A stretch of DNA of 64,000 bases from Yuukianura sp. NJ FZ-2021 (lineage: Eukaryota), in assembly GCA_046563655.1 (NCBI GenBank), contig CM102283.1, positions 7,998,001 to 8,062,000 of the forward strand. The letters are read 5' to 3'. Positions 1-14,322 of this stretch are shown piece by piece. The position numbers and the translations under genes are program-made. Numbering within the stretch: the stretch's first letter is position 1; the number at the start of each line of letters is the position of its first letter. The notes beneath the pieces were generated by a model. It saw only the letters and a list, made by a program, of their open reading frames with translations. It ran no database searches and was not told the DNA's origin.

Positions 1-1981
1 AAAGGCAAAAGTGTCCTAAGAGGGCGGGAGAATTCAAAAAAAAAATCAAAATCAAAATTTGTAACCCATTTCTGTTTGAAAATGACAAAATCTTACTTTT
101 GGAACAAAACTTCCGAAAATTTCAGTGTCTCTGACAGACGCTCGCATGACTGCCGGAGCGATATTGGCAAACCTGAAAGTTTCGAAACAGTGGAACAACC
201 TTTACATTAAAAGTGTTTCTTTTTAGTTTTTTGACAAAAAATTAAATGACATCAAACTTTACCGAAGGACTTCCAAGATTGTTGCTTCTGTGTATGGCAT
301 TCTGTAACACAATTAAAATCAAAACTAAAGTTAAATTAGCTGCAATTGATTCGTTTTAAAATATTTAATTACATTTATTAATTAATTGTTAATGTTATTA
401 ATTAATGTTAACCTCAGTTTGTCACTGATGCAAGGCAGACGTTGCCTGCCAATGACGATGTCAATTTCCCGCTGAACTTCTTTTTGAATTTCGGGGTACT
501 TGATCATGTACAACATGCAGAATTCTAAAGCGTTTGCGCTCGTGTCAGATCCAGCCAAAACCAAATCTGTACAACTTTGCATCAGTTGCTCATCTAAAAC
601 AAAAAATGGTTGTTCAAACACGAAATTTTGAATTTTAGAACACACACACAAGTTGAGATTTTTTTTTCAAGTTCTACCCGTGTATACGTCTGTTTCAATT
701 TGGTCGCGTCGGCATTCTTCAATTTTAAGCAAAAATTTGTCCACAAAATCCTTTTGCACTTCGAGGTATTCCCCAGTTTTTCTGCGTTTGGCAATCATTT
801 CCTAAATTCAAAAGTTTTCATTAGTCAAAAAATGTTGACGTTTTTTTTCAAAATGTTGAAATTTACTCTGAATATGTCTCGGACTTGGCTAAACATTTGT
901 ACGAGTTGATTTTGATTTGTGAGTCCTGGAATGTGACGCAAGAATGGAAATGCATACATCGGTTGTGTCGCAAGCGAAGTAGAACTGATTGCCGCCTCAA
1001 TGATCGGAACCAGTCGTTTCATTTCGGCATCTTCACAAGAAAATCGATTTCTGAAAATAAATTTATAACTGAAGTAATCGGCTAAAAGTGCTTTTGGTAT
1101 TACTAAAACAAAAAATAGTATAAAAATATAAAACTTTTTTTTTAATGTTTTACGCACCCACACATAGCCCTCCATAGCATGTTGAGAACTGGAAGGTTAA
1201 AGTACTGATGAAATGAAATTTCCGTTTTTGAATCGATTACAAATTGGTGAAATCGTTTCAAGAAATCGGTGAGTTCCTCTTGTAAAACGAGTTCAGTATT
1301 TTGTACTTCACCCAATCCAGATTCAATTAGAGACCGAATTGTAAATCGACGTGCTTTCTTCTGTGATTCTCCACGACTAAACAGAACTCCTGGAATTTAA
1401 GCAAAAACTTTAAAACGATTTTTTAAAACTTTTTTTGAAAAGATGCTTTTTGAAAATCTCACCAAGATTTTGGCTCATTGTCAACTCCAAGTACAGCGGT
1501 TGATTGGGGTAGCGTCCACTCCAGTCATCTGAAGTGAGTAGCTGTTTGGCCGTTTGGTAGTCTTCGATAAAAACTGAAAACGAGAAAGAAAAATTAAGGA
1601 AAGAAAATGGTTTTGAAGTTTATTTTCAAAAAGTTACAAGAATTTTACCGAAGTTTTGTACACCCGCTTTGAACCCCATGACAGGTCCATAGGTCTGGCA
1701 GAGTTTGCGCATAACCTCCGCATTTTTGGTGTTGATCGAATGGTAAGCTATTTGAATAGCGCTGCCAATAAATGGAAAACTCACCGGACCTGAAACAAAG
1801 ACAAGTTTACACAAAATTTTCACAACTTTGCAAAAAATGTCAAATTTTTCACAATTTGGTTAAAAATGTTAAATTTTTTGTTTTTACCGGGAAGTCGTTT
1901 CTGGTGAGGTTGTGTGAAGTACCACAGGAGAGATCCAAAGACGATCAGCGCAAGGACTTGGCATGTGTCTAACGGAATCAT
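1..1981 (-). CDS. Cytochrome P450, CYP2-clan-like, multi-exon; 3' part runs off the window start
   Basis: N-terminal anchor MIPLDTCQVLALIVFGSLLWYF followed by LPG|PVSFPFIG. I-helix DLVLAGSDTS, YPEIQKEVQREID, and K-helix MPYTEATILEVLR (ExxR, ~263-303). Exons are joined by GT-AG introns. The heme-Cys motif is not in the window. Confidence 0.92.
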
Positions 1982-2404
1982 TGTCACGCTAACTTTCGTC
2001 TTCCCTCCAGTACTTGTTGTGACCAAACTGAAACTGTGGTAAAGAAAGATGCGTTGATGAGATGACGGATGCAGTACTAAAATAGAATGTGAAAACTTAG
2101 AAAAAATTGGTAAGATTCCTCTGACCTTCACCAAGGCACCCTTCAAGTCCCTCTATCATAACTGGCCTCATTACAATACAAGAAAGTAAAAGTGAAAGTG
2201 TGGGACCTTCAAAGGCAGCATGCTAAACCAATTGCTCGAAATTTTGGAAAAGATGTGCCCTTCAAAAAATATTTGTCCAAAAAAAGCATTATAAGTTATA
2301 CTACCGAAATGCACAATTGGAATTGAGCTATTATTTTATTTAATCCTCGTAAATAAAAACTTGTGCAACTGAACTATGATCATTGATGCTGAGGTAAAAA
2401 TGGG

Positions 2405-5108
2405 TTAATGTTGGTACTGGGCTGGTTGTGGGAACTTGACACTACTTTCGATCCATTTTGCAACGTTTAGGAGCAGATTTTCACTGAACATGGGTCCGAT
2501 TACTTGCAGACTCAAAGGAAGTCCTTGGGAATTCAATTTGATTGGCAGACTCACAGCAGGAACGCCTGAAATCGAAATTAAATTATCATAATTTCAGGAT
2601 CACGTTGCTAGTAACCGCTTAATTTTAAATTTGAAATTGAAACTTACCCGCCATGTTGGCAGATTGCGTGCAGTAGTCTTGGATTGACGTTTGTGTTCTA
2701 CTGTCATACTGGACAAATTCAGAGTAAGTGGGAGGAGCTGACAGGGTGACTGGCGTTACTAAAATGTCGACACCTTTGTTCCAGACGTTCTCAAAGTCAT
2801 CGGTGATGAGGCGGCGTATCTTCATTGCCTGCGTGAAGTACTTGTCGTAGTTTCTAGAAACCAAAAACGTATTACATTCAAACACTACAATATTTCAGCC
2901 GAAGTTAAAGAATACTCACGCTTTGAGCAAAAAGTAATTTCCCGCCAGAATTCTACCACGGACGACGTCATTGAATCCCTCATGGCGCGTTTGAGCGTAC
3001 AATCCTTCCGTAGTATTCACTTTCGGACGTAGAGGGCGATGTCCGAACCGAAGTCCATCGTATCTGGCCATGTTGCTCGCCACTTCACATGCATTGAGAA
3101 CGCTGTAACAGGAAATCGAGTACTTCGTATGCGGCAGGCTAACCTGGAAACCAAATACTAAGAATCAAATATATTCAGTATTGATGACTAAAAATTTCAA
3201 AGTTAATTGATTTACATCCGATACAATGGCGCCACTGTCACGAAGTAAGTCAGCTGTCTCTCTCCAGCAATCCAAGACTTCCTGGCTCATACCCTCACAA
3301 GCAAATTCCGCTGGAATGCCAATCCGGATCCCTTTTACATTGAATTCTGGTTGTAGCTGGACCGGTGGCAGCTTCCCGTCAAAACTTGTTGAATCCTTGT
3401 CATCGAATCCCTGGACGACATCTTTAAGAAAAAAATACTGATTAATGTCATAACAACGTCACCAAAAATAAGAAAATTTGAAATGGATATTTCTTACTGA
3501 GAATAATGCTGGCATCCTCCACCGTCCTGGTAATGATTCCGGGGACATCCATTGAATTTACTAGTGGAATTAGACCATGGCGGGAGAGGAGACCATACGT
3601 CGGCTTTAATCCGACTACTCCGCAGTATGCTGCTGGGTTCCTAGTAGATCCGCCAGTATCAGAACCCAACGCACTGTAAACAGAAGAAAACGTTTAAAAA
3701 ACGTTAGTAAGTAATCATCAATGCCTAGCTAATTGTTAATCTTACGCAAAACATATGCCTGAGGCGACCGCCACAGCACTCCCACCAGAACTGCCGCCCG
3801 GAATCCTCCAGTCGGAAAAGGAATAGATGTCACCATGCCCTCTGCGAAATTCGTCTAACCCCCAAACGTTTTTGGTTGGCCCAAAAATACTGTCAGTAGT
3901 TCCACATCTGCAATGCAAAGTAACATTAAGTGAATGTCTATTGGTAGTTTATGAATAAGAAGAACTGACGAATCTTACCCCATACCAAACTCATCCAAAT
4001 TCGTTTTGCCAACGATTATTGCCCCAGCATCAATTAGTTTCTGAACGACCGTGGCTGTATACGGAGGATTAAAGTTCTGTAGCATCTTAGAAGCACAAGT
4101 AGCTGGAAGTCCTTTGACACAAAAGTTATCCTTAATAGCGACTGGAATCCCATAAAGAGGAGGTAAGTTTGAGCTGAATTTCGTTTCTAGTTGAGTCGTC
4201 ATAAACTGTAGAGTGTTGCGCGAATTAACAAAAGTGAAGGCGTTTAGGTGACGGTGATTAGTAAACGCCTCGTATGCCTGGTTGAGTATACTAGAGGGCG
4301 TGTCAATCTGAAGTCTCAGGCTCTTGAGAACCTACAAAGAACATATGTAATTCAATTAGTGTTTATTTCTTGACAGGCTTAACAGACTGTTAACGTTAAA
4401 CAAGAATCAAACACTCCAAAAGAATACATACTGGGAATCAAGTCAAAAATTTAATACAACTGTCTAGAACGCTGTTTACATTTAACTATTCACTACCTAG
4501 AGACTTCTTGCTGTCCTGCAGCGGGAGATCTTCGGAGGAATCCGGACCATACCGATTTCTGAGGACCATATCTGAATCCCAGTTCGCTACAGGCCGATTT
4601 TTCAGAAATCTGATATACGTTTCTCTGATGTGATTCAATGGCCCCCTGTAACTACGTGCTTGAGAAAGCAAATCCTGCTTTTCTGTCTCGAACTTCGGGT
4701 CATGCAGGAAGGATTCCGGTAGTTCGCTGTCCGAATCTTCTGGGATTTCGAGGCCAAATGTTCTGGAACGGCGTCTGTACATCGCTTCGTAGCGTTCTGT
4801 TTCTTCGGGACTCATGAGGCTCGCTTGGCTTGTATCACTTCGCTCGTCAGAGTCTGTGTACGTCTCTGTCTCGGACTCATCTTCCGATCTAGCCACGGTG
4901 GCACCAGGAAGCAACGCATTCGCAGCGCCAAATATCCTTATAACGCCAGCCCAAATGCTACGAACAGTTGCGAGACTTATGGAGGAACGACTTTCGTTAC
5001 TTGACTTGATAGGTACAACGTCTTCTTCCTGACTTCTGTGGTCCGTCTCCACAATCGTTGTTGGTGAACCGTCTTCTTGAGAGGAGTCTGAATCGAGTAC
5101 GCCTGCAT
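2405..5108 (-). CDS. QRSL1: Mitochondrial glutamyl-tRNA(Gln) amidotransferase subunit A (GatA)
   Basis: Amidase motifs [49 protein letters not shown] and ILAGNYFL. Stop TAA at 2405-2407. Exons from 4332 downward are secure; the first coding exon (5108-5001) is inferred. Confidence 0.9.
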
Positions 5109-5112
5109 CCAT
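4486..5112 (-). CDS. 208-aa acidic/Ser-rich orphan ORF between the QRSL1 promoter and QRSL1 body (probably nested in QRSL1 intron 1)
   Basis: Uninterrupted 627-nt ORF with an AAAAATGG start context and coding-like GC content relative to AT-rich flanks. No family recognised. Confidence 0.55.
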   Translation of the reverse strand: MDAGVLDSDSSQEDGSPTTIVETDHRSQEEDVVPIKSSNESRSSISLATVRSIWAGVIRIFGAANALLPGATVARSEDESETETYTDSDERSDTSQASLMSPEETERYEAMYRRRSRTFGLEIPEDSDSELPESFLHDPKFETEKQDLLSQARSYRGPLNHIRETYIRFLKNRPVANWDSDMVLRNRYGPDSSEDLPLQDSKKSLGSE

Positions 5113-5220
5113 TTTTGCTCATACGTGTCTTCCCAGCTTCCAGCTAATATTAAAATAACGTTAGCTAACAATACTAAAGTAAAATTTATACATTAATTAT
5201 TGTTGAATGTACATTACTTA

Positions 5221-5740
5221 CAACAGAATTTGAATTCCAATTTCGAGAAAGTAACAATCGGTTGACTACCAATGAAAACTGACGTGACGATTTGAGCAAC
5301 AAAGAATAAAAGGAAAGGGTGCAGCGACAAGAGAAAAAAAGTAAACAAATTTTGAAAAAAAACTTTCCCGCTCACTTTTGAACCAAGGGCGCCATGGCGC
5401 CTCGTAGTTTCAAGATTAAGTTACAACCTTTACTAATATTATCAATTAATTCTAATAACACTAAAACTAATTGCTATTATACATCGAAATGCTTGATTGA
5501 CCTTTCGTGACCTCAAACAAACCATGACAGAAGGAGTAGAGTAATTTAGTTGATTATAACAGCGAGATAAGAAGTTTACCTCTGAAATTGTACGGTGCTG
5601 GGGCATATTGAGACTTCCTCCGCGCGAAGAAAAAGTTGTGTTTTTATTTTGTTTTGAATTGATTGAATAAAAAATTTTCGCTAGATTTTTCAGTGATTCC
5701 TTGCAGACGATGTACTGATATTGACCTTTGTTGAGACAAA
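5221..5740. promoter_or_regulatory. Bidirectional promoter region between QRSL1/orphan ORF and RTN4IP1
   Basis: Divergent gene starts about 630 nt apart. An E2F-like TTTCCCGC (5364-5371) is followed by a CHR-like TTTGAA (5377-5382). Confidence 0.55.
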
Positions 5741-7365
<1,625 letters not shown>

Positions 7366-7747
7366 ATAAGGTGTGGTCTTTTAAAATTTTATATTGTAAA
7401 AACAATTATGACTAATGACATGAGCTTACGATTACTTAACTGTGAATTATTCTATGCAATACATTCGAACAACACACACAAGCAGGTGACACACTTAAAT
7501 AGTCTTCTTCATCAAAACCAAATCCGGCATCTTCGTTTTTATGATGACGTAATTTTTATACAACACGCCTTGCGCCTTCTGTTTCGCTTCCTTCACATCG
7601 TGGTGGTGTCGGCTTAGATTTTCTTGATACTTCAATCCAGTCATTTCTACGGATTCGCTAAGACGGTTCTAAACCCACCTTTGAATGCTTGTCGTAGTTA
7701 AAATTTTGATAGTTATACAAGAGTAGACATTTATATTGGAGTTGACA

Positions 7748-8602
7748 ATGGCCAACTCCAACTTTGGTGGACTTCTTAAGGTAATTTTTGTATTTGATTA
7801 TTATTTTTTTCAAACTTTAAAACGTCTGGAGTATTCTAACGTGTGTGCTCTAAATCATTTTCAGCTTATTTTCCTGTTACACCTCATCCTCTCTTCATGG
7901 TAAACACTGATATTTCTCTATTCAATATAAAAATGGAAAATAATTGTTATATTTAATTATTTGAACAGGGGGATGCAATCAGCGTTCACAATTCCCACAA
8001 GCTACCTGTACACCAATCTCGTTTTTATGCTTGTTCTGCTATGGGCCATTGGAAGTCGTAGCTCACCAGACGCCATCGGAATGGTACAATTTCAGCATAA
8101 GTTTGTCCTATTTTTCCAAATTCAAAATGAAAATGCTAAATAATTTTATTTTTTTTAATTAAAAGACGTTCCTAGTCAATGCCACAGTTTTTGTCATTGA
8201 CATCATCACCATGACTGTATACTGGCCCAGAGGTAATTTGGAACATAAGATCTCTCCAGCTGCAGATACTAATCCGCTTGTTTTTTAAAATCCAGTTTTA
8301 ATTAACATGTTTCCTCACTTTTAGGTGAGAGGCATCGTCTATACTTGGGATTTGCCGTGACGAATACCATCCTGCGTCCAGTCACATGCCTCGTACTCTA
8401 CCGAATCTTCAGAGAATTGGATACACGCGGAATGGGAATCATTCAGGGACTGCTTGGGGATGTCATTGATGGACCAATTCTGAGCAATTTTCATTCCAAT
8501 GGAGACCGAGAGTACCGCGGAACTTCCGGAGCAGCCACCAACCCTGCGCCGCCAGGAACCACCCGAATGGGATACGAACCGATTGACACCTCCAAAATTT
8601 AA
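7748..8602 (+). CDS. AGTRAP: Type-1 angiotensin II receptor-associated protein-like (3-TM)
   Basis: Spliced product MANSNFGGLLK|LIFLLHLILSSW|G...SYLYTNLVFMLVLLWAIGSRSSPDAIGM|...DIITMTVYWPR|...ILRPVTCLVLYRIFRE follows the AGTRAP pattern (K-vIllgHw-l-tW, SY-waN, W-----S-DAI-M, DI----i-yPR, L-P--C--Y---RE). Confidence 0.8.
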
Positions 8603-9446
8603 AAACTGCCGCTACACAATGTCGTCTACCCTCAACTGCACCGATTGAAGCCAAAGCCACTGCTAGGATAATGTACGTTTACAAATCGTTTGTTTCACAT
8701 CATTTGTTCCAAGCCTGTTCTTGTCATTTTACAACTTCCGGTTCTTTTTTAAAAATTCATTAGAAACTGTGTTTGAGTACTAAATATTTTTAGCTTTTCA
8801 GTTGAAAATTTTGAGTCATGTGGATAAGGCTTGGAACATTTGAAGCAATTCTGGATACTGATCTCTGCGTCATCTTCAAGAGAAATATGATGCAAAAAAT
8901 CTTCTTTGAAGATGATGCAAAGATCATTTAAAAAAACGGGGCAAATGACGGTTTTGTCTTCAAGTTTTGTCTTCCGCCAACACGGATAACTTCATAAAAT
9001 TTTCATAAGGATTGGAAGTATTAAGTAGTAATCTTAGCCGCAAGTAGCGAAAACAATAGAAATATGAATGCTAAATACATGGGGAGGGAGTGACCTTGGG
9101 TAAAGATGTCTTTTTTCTGCTCATTGTTCTTCCCCTGTGAATCTGTCTTCCCCGTTATGTGTTTAAGGGGTGGAATAAATCTATGGCTTATTTACTGTTT
9201 TCAGACGTACAGACAAAGATCCGAAAGGCTTTAGCAAAAATGTTCATAGCGAAACAAATCTTTCATCTCTGGATATTCATTCTCTAATCATTTGTTTTCG
9301 TTTCATTTTCAACTTCAAAATTTCAACCCTTTCATTATTTTCACTTGTTGAAATCACATGGAGTGGAAAAGTTGAGTTGAAGTTATAATTTAGTTACAGT
9401 TTTAGTAATTTCATGTAGTTTTTGAATAGTTGAAAAATTTGTGGTC

Positions 9447-12400
9447 ATGAAAATTTATTTTCTATTTGCAACTCTACTGTTTCGGTAAGTTTTCATAATT
9501 TCCATTTTATTTGCATTTTCAAATTAAGAATTTTTGATTGTTTCGAAATTAATTTTGTTTTTGTTTTCAGGCCTTATACACCAAAATACAACTTCGATTA
9601 CCCCGAAGTGAGAAGAGATGAAAATCAAGTCGACGATTATCACGGAACTCAAGTAAAATATTTTTGTTGTTGTTAGAATGCTGTGTTAGTCTCTGTGACC
9701 TTTGACCTCAATGATAATTTTGTTTTTTTTCCCTAAAGGTCAAAGATCCATACCGATGGCTGGAAGACTTGGATTCACCAGAGACACAAGCTTTTGTTGC
9801 AGCGCAGAATCGCTTGACGATTCCATATTTGAGAAAATGTTCAGCCCGCAGCGCCATTCGAGCCAGTCTGACGCAACTCATGAATCATACGAAGTTTGGT
9901 ACTTTGGTCAAGAGAGCTGGACGCTACTTTTTTACTGAAAGTGAAGGACTTCAAAATCAGATGTAAGAAGATTCAAAATTTCAAAAAATAGTCAGAAAAG
10001 TTCAAAAATTTATCAAAAAGTTGGTTTTTGACTGTTTCTTTGACTTTTTCAGGAGTTTGTACACCATGGACCGTTTGACAGAAAATCCTCGACTTCTACT
10101 GGATCCAAATACTTTGTCTTCCGATGGAACCACTTCAATTGCTAGATTTTTTCCATCTCCGGATGGGAAGCACTTGGCTTTCCAATTGTCTAAAAAAGGA
10201 TCTGATCTGGAGAGTATTCACTTTATGCATGTAGAGTCCAAGATGCAGTTCAAGGACGAAATGGAGGACACCAAGTACACAAGTCTCAGTTGGACTCATG
10301 ATGGAAAAGGAGTATTTTACACCGTGAGTTCTTAAAATTTTAGTATTTCAACCATTTATGCAAAATATTAATCGATTTGTGCAATTTAAGCAAGGTTGTA
10401 ATCGATTTTTTCAATTTTAATTTTTAGAAATACTGGTTGGAGAAAAAAGACGGAAACGGGACAGAGAGTGGAGAAATTGCGAGGCGACAACTTTGTTATC
10501 ACGTGATGGGAACCAATCAGGATTCAGATACGATTGTCGTTGACGTCTTTGAGCAACATCCAACATGGTCATGGTATGTCCACATTTTGAAACGCTTTTT
10601 GAAAAAAAAAGAATTTAAAAAACTTTTTATATGTTTTTTTCGAAATGTAATTTGTAGCTCCGGAGAAGTTTCAAATGATGGCAAATATTTGTTGGTTGAA
10701 TTTGAAGAGGAACTTGGTCCAGTACAAATTCATTACATTGACCTAGAAGAATTTTTGAAAACTTTGGAACCTTTCCCAAAACTAATTCCAATTGTTGAAA
10801 ACTTCCAATCCGAGTATTACGTAAGTTCGAAATTTTTTGAATTCAAACACTTCAAAATTTGAAGTTTTCAAGATTTTTCTTTGTTCCACAGTACATTACA
10901 AACGAAGAAAAGAATTTTCTGTTTCTCACAAACAACAATGCTCCTAACTGGAGAATCGTCGGAATCAACTTTGACCAGCCGCAAGAACAATCCTGGAGTG
11001 TCATTGTACCTGAAAATCCTAAGGCCGTTTTGGAATGGGTGTATGCCGTTAACAAGTAAATTTTTCAAGAAAATCATTCTAAGAATTTGAAAATTTCAAA
11101 TTTTGATACATATTTGATTTCTTTAGAAATCGGTTAGTGATGAGCTACTTGGAAGACGTCAGAAGTACAATTCAAATCAGACCGTTGGATGGCAGAACGT
11201 CATTGGCCACATACCGACTTGAGCCTGGGACTGCTTATGCTCTTTACAAAAACAAAGATGATCATGAATTCTTCTTTGCTTATGAATCCATCATAACGCC
11301 AAAACGGATCTACAGATTAGATTTTCGGGAACACCAGAACTCTCCATCGGTAAAAAAAAATACAGTAGAGCCTCCAATTCGGCAACTTTTCTTGAAGAAA
11401 ACTTAAACGCAAAAACTTAGGATTTTTTTTTTTGGAAGAATCTTAACTTTCAACTGCTAACACTTTTTTGTGTTTAAAAAAGTTTACTGTATTCTTTTCA
11501 ATCGGCCAATCAGAACGAGTTGCAAAATCGGAGGTCCTACTGTATAAGTCATTGTATATTAAATGATAAGCGTTCTTCCTAAATGGAACAATTGAATAAT
11601 TTATTTGATGCTTTTAGTTACAAACGTACCGGTCTACAACAGTTCCTGGATTTGATACTAAGGATTACGTGTTGACTCAAGAGTTTTACACGAGCAAAGA
11701 TGGAACTAAAGTCCCAATGTTCTTAGCCCATAAAAAGGATTTGGAACTGAACGCCTCAACGCCATCTTTCCTGTACGCTTATGGCGGATTCAACACCATC
11801 ACTCTACCCGATTTCTCCGTGGACCAAGCCGTCTTTATGAAAAACTTCAATGGGATTTATGCCATTGCCAGCATTCGGGGAGGCGGGTAAGCTCAAAAAC
11901 ATAAATCCACAATGGGCTTTTAGTTTTTCATGAATAACGAAACGTTACAAATGAAAAAGGGGCTTCGGACATAGTTAAGCTTTCAGACTTTTAGTAAAAG
12001 TCGGATTTTGTTTTTTCGTTGCAGTGAGTATGGTCTCCAGTGGTATGATGGCGGGAGACTTCAAAATAAACAAAACACTTACGACGATTTCCAGGCTGCG
12101 GCGGAGTACTTGATCCAAAACAACTTTACGTCGTCGGATAAACTTACTATTCAGGGAGGTTCCAATGGTAGGTCAAAGGTGGTGGAAGATTTTTCGAAAA
12201 AATGGAGATTTTTCTAACAAAATGTTAAAAATTTTCAAAATTTAAGACTATTCCAGCGTTTTTTTTTTGCTTTGAGGTGGACTGGTAGTTGCGGCCGCAG
12301 TAAATCAGCGTCCAGACTTGTACGGAGCTGCGGTGGCACATGTAGGGTAAGAAACAGAAAATTGAAAATTTTAGTTTTTGTACGAAAAGGTTAGGTAAAA

Positions 12401-13054
12401 TTTAACTGAAAATTGTTGAATTCTTGTTGAGTAGTGTCATGGATATTGTTCGATTCAACAAGTTTCCGGCCGGAGAGTCCTGGACGTCGGACTTTGGAAG
12501 TCCCGATAACGCTACTCAATTTGAAACTCTGTTCAAATATTCACCTTTGCATAACGTTCGATTTCCAGCAGATGACAATGTTACGCAATATCCAGCCACT
12601 CTGTTGTTTACAGCAGATCATGATGACAGAGTAGTTCCTAGTCACAGTTACAAACTTATAGCAGAAATGCAGTATAAGCTTGGTAGATCCAAGCGACAGG
12701 TAAAATTGTGTCAAGTTTAAAAAAAAAATCACATTTTCATTTTGTATTATGAACTCTAAGTTTCTATTTTGTTGAAACTTTAATGAATTTGTTGTTCCTG
12801 GTTATAGAAAAATCCTTTGTTCTTGCTTGTTCAAGCAGATGCTGGACACGGTGCTGGGAAACCTACTTCAAAGAGAGTAAGCGAAGCGACCATTTTTTTT
12901 TTACTATATTGATCTAATTATAGTTTTTTACTTTTTTTTTCATAGTAATTTTGAAAATTTCAATTTCTTTTCTTCTTGGTAGATTGAGGAGTACACGGAC
13001 TCGTTCTCTTTTATGTGTACGGCGCTGGATCTTAAATTTAGCAACGAAGAATAG
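9447..13054 (+). CDS. PREP: Prolyl oligopeptidase (S9A) paralog 1, intron-rich, with a short hydrophobic N-terminus
   Basis: [66 protein letters not shown]. Catalytic [14 protein letters not shown] and AGHGAGKP are all present. Stop TAG at 13052-13054. Confidence 0.93.
11361..11544. mobile_element. Tc1/mariner-type MITE in a PREP intron
   Basis: Imperfect TIRs CAGTAGAGCCTCCAATTCGGCAACT ... AGTTGCAAAATCGGAGGTCCTACTG, flanked by TA on both sides. Confidence 0.65.
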
Positions 13055-14322
13055 TAATTTAGCACTTGAAAAAAGCACAAAATTGCCGAACTTAATTTTG
13101 ATTGTGTTTTTAACGTTTCTTAAAAGAATTTTATAGCGAAGAAGTGTCACTGCCTGGTCCATTTTTAATAGAAACTTTTATTATCAATTAGTACAAGCTT
13201 TTAGAGCCAATTTGGTACAGAAAATGGGTGCGGTACTTATTAGTAGTGGGAGTTAATTGCGATTAATTACTTAATCCACTTTATCATTCACTCCGTCTGA
13301 CACTTTCCATTTTTATATAATAACATAAAGTAATATAAAATATTTAGCTTAACAAAAGAATTTAATACAACACTATTAATGGTGCCTGGATATTTAGAAG
13401 ATTGTGAAACAAAACGGGTTCTGACTAGCAAAATTGTAGCAAATTAATAAAAACTGAAGTTGTTCAAACAGGTTGAACAGAATTTTAACAAACGAAAGGC
13501 TTGTAAAATTTCATTTTCTTTTTTTTTTAGACCTTAAGTTGTTAATCATTTCTTAAATTTTCAGTTTAAGTATTGTTTAGTTATGTCAAAAATACGAGTA
13601 TTTAGTTTTATTATGTTATGTTTATTAAGTTATTTTTTCATTCAAGAATAATTAGCAAAAGCTCAAGCTTTGTTTGACGTTTTTTGAAAGCAAAAATTGT
13701 TTGACAGGCAGCTAAGGATAATTTTAAAATATGGAATTCCTGTTGAATGTTCAAGTAAGTCTTTGCTGCTGTGTTTTCTTCATAAATTTTACTAGCAAGA
13801 GAAAGTTTTTTTGAAAATGCAGTTTAATTTTTTGCGTGGGTTTTTCAAAAAATTTAGAGTGTGAATGGAATGCTGATTTTGGAATGTTATTGGTCGTTTC
13901 TAAACTAAAAATCGGAGACCAAAAAAGAGTTTACACTCTAATGTCAATTGAACAATTTTTTTCAAAAAAAGTAAAAACTTAAAACTTTTGACCTAAAAGT
14001 TAAAATTTCAGTTCACTAAAGTTAAATCTCCAGCATTTTCGAAATGAGTATTCATATTTTGTAACTTTTGGTTAATAGTAGTTGGTAAAAAATTATAGTT
14101 GAGACTTACTTTTCAATTAATTCAGTGGTTAAATTACTTTAGTTTTTTTGCAATGTTGTAAACTTGCGTCTGCGCCAACGGGAAGAAAAGCTGCCATGAT
14201 GTGAGTATAGCCAAGTAGCGAAAGGAAGTTAGCTTTTTTTTGAAAATGATGATTGTCGCACGCCATTTTTCCATTTGCTGATATTTTCTGAAGTCGGAAG
14301 TTTGTGTTTGACCTTTGACCTC

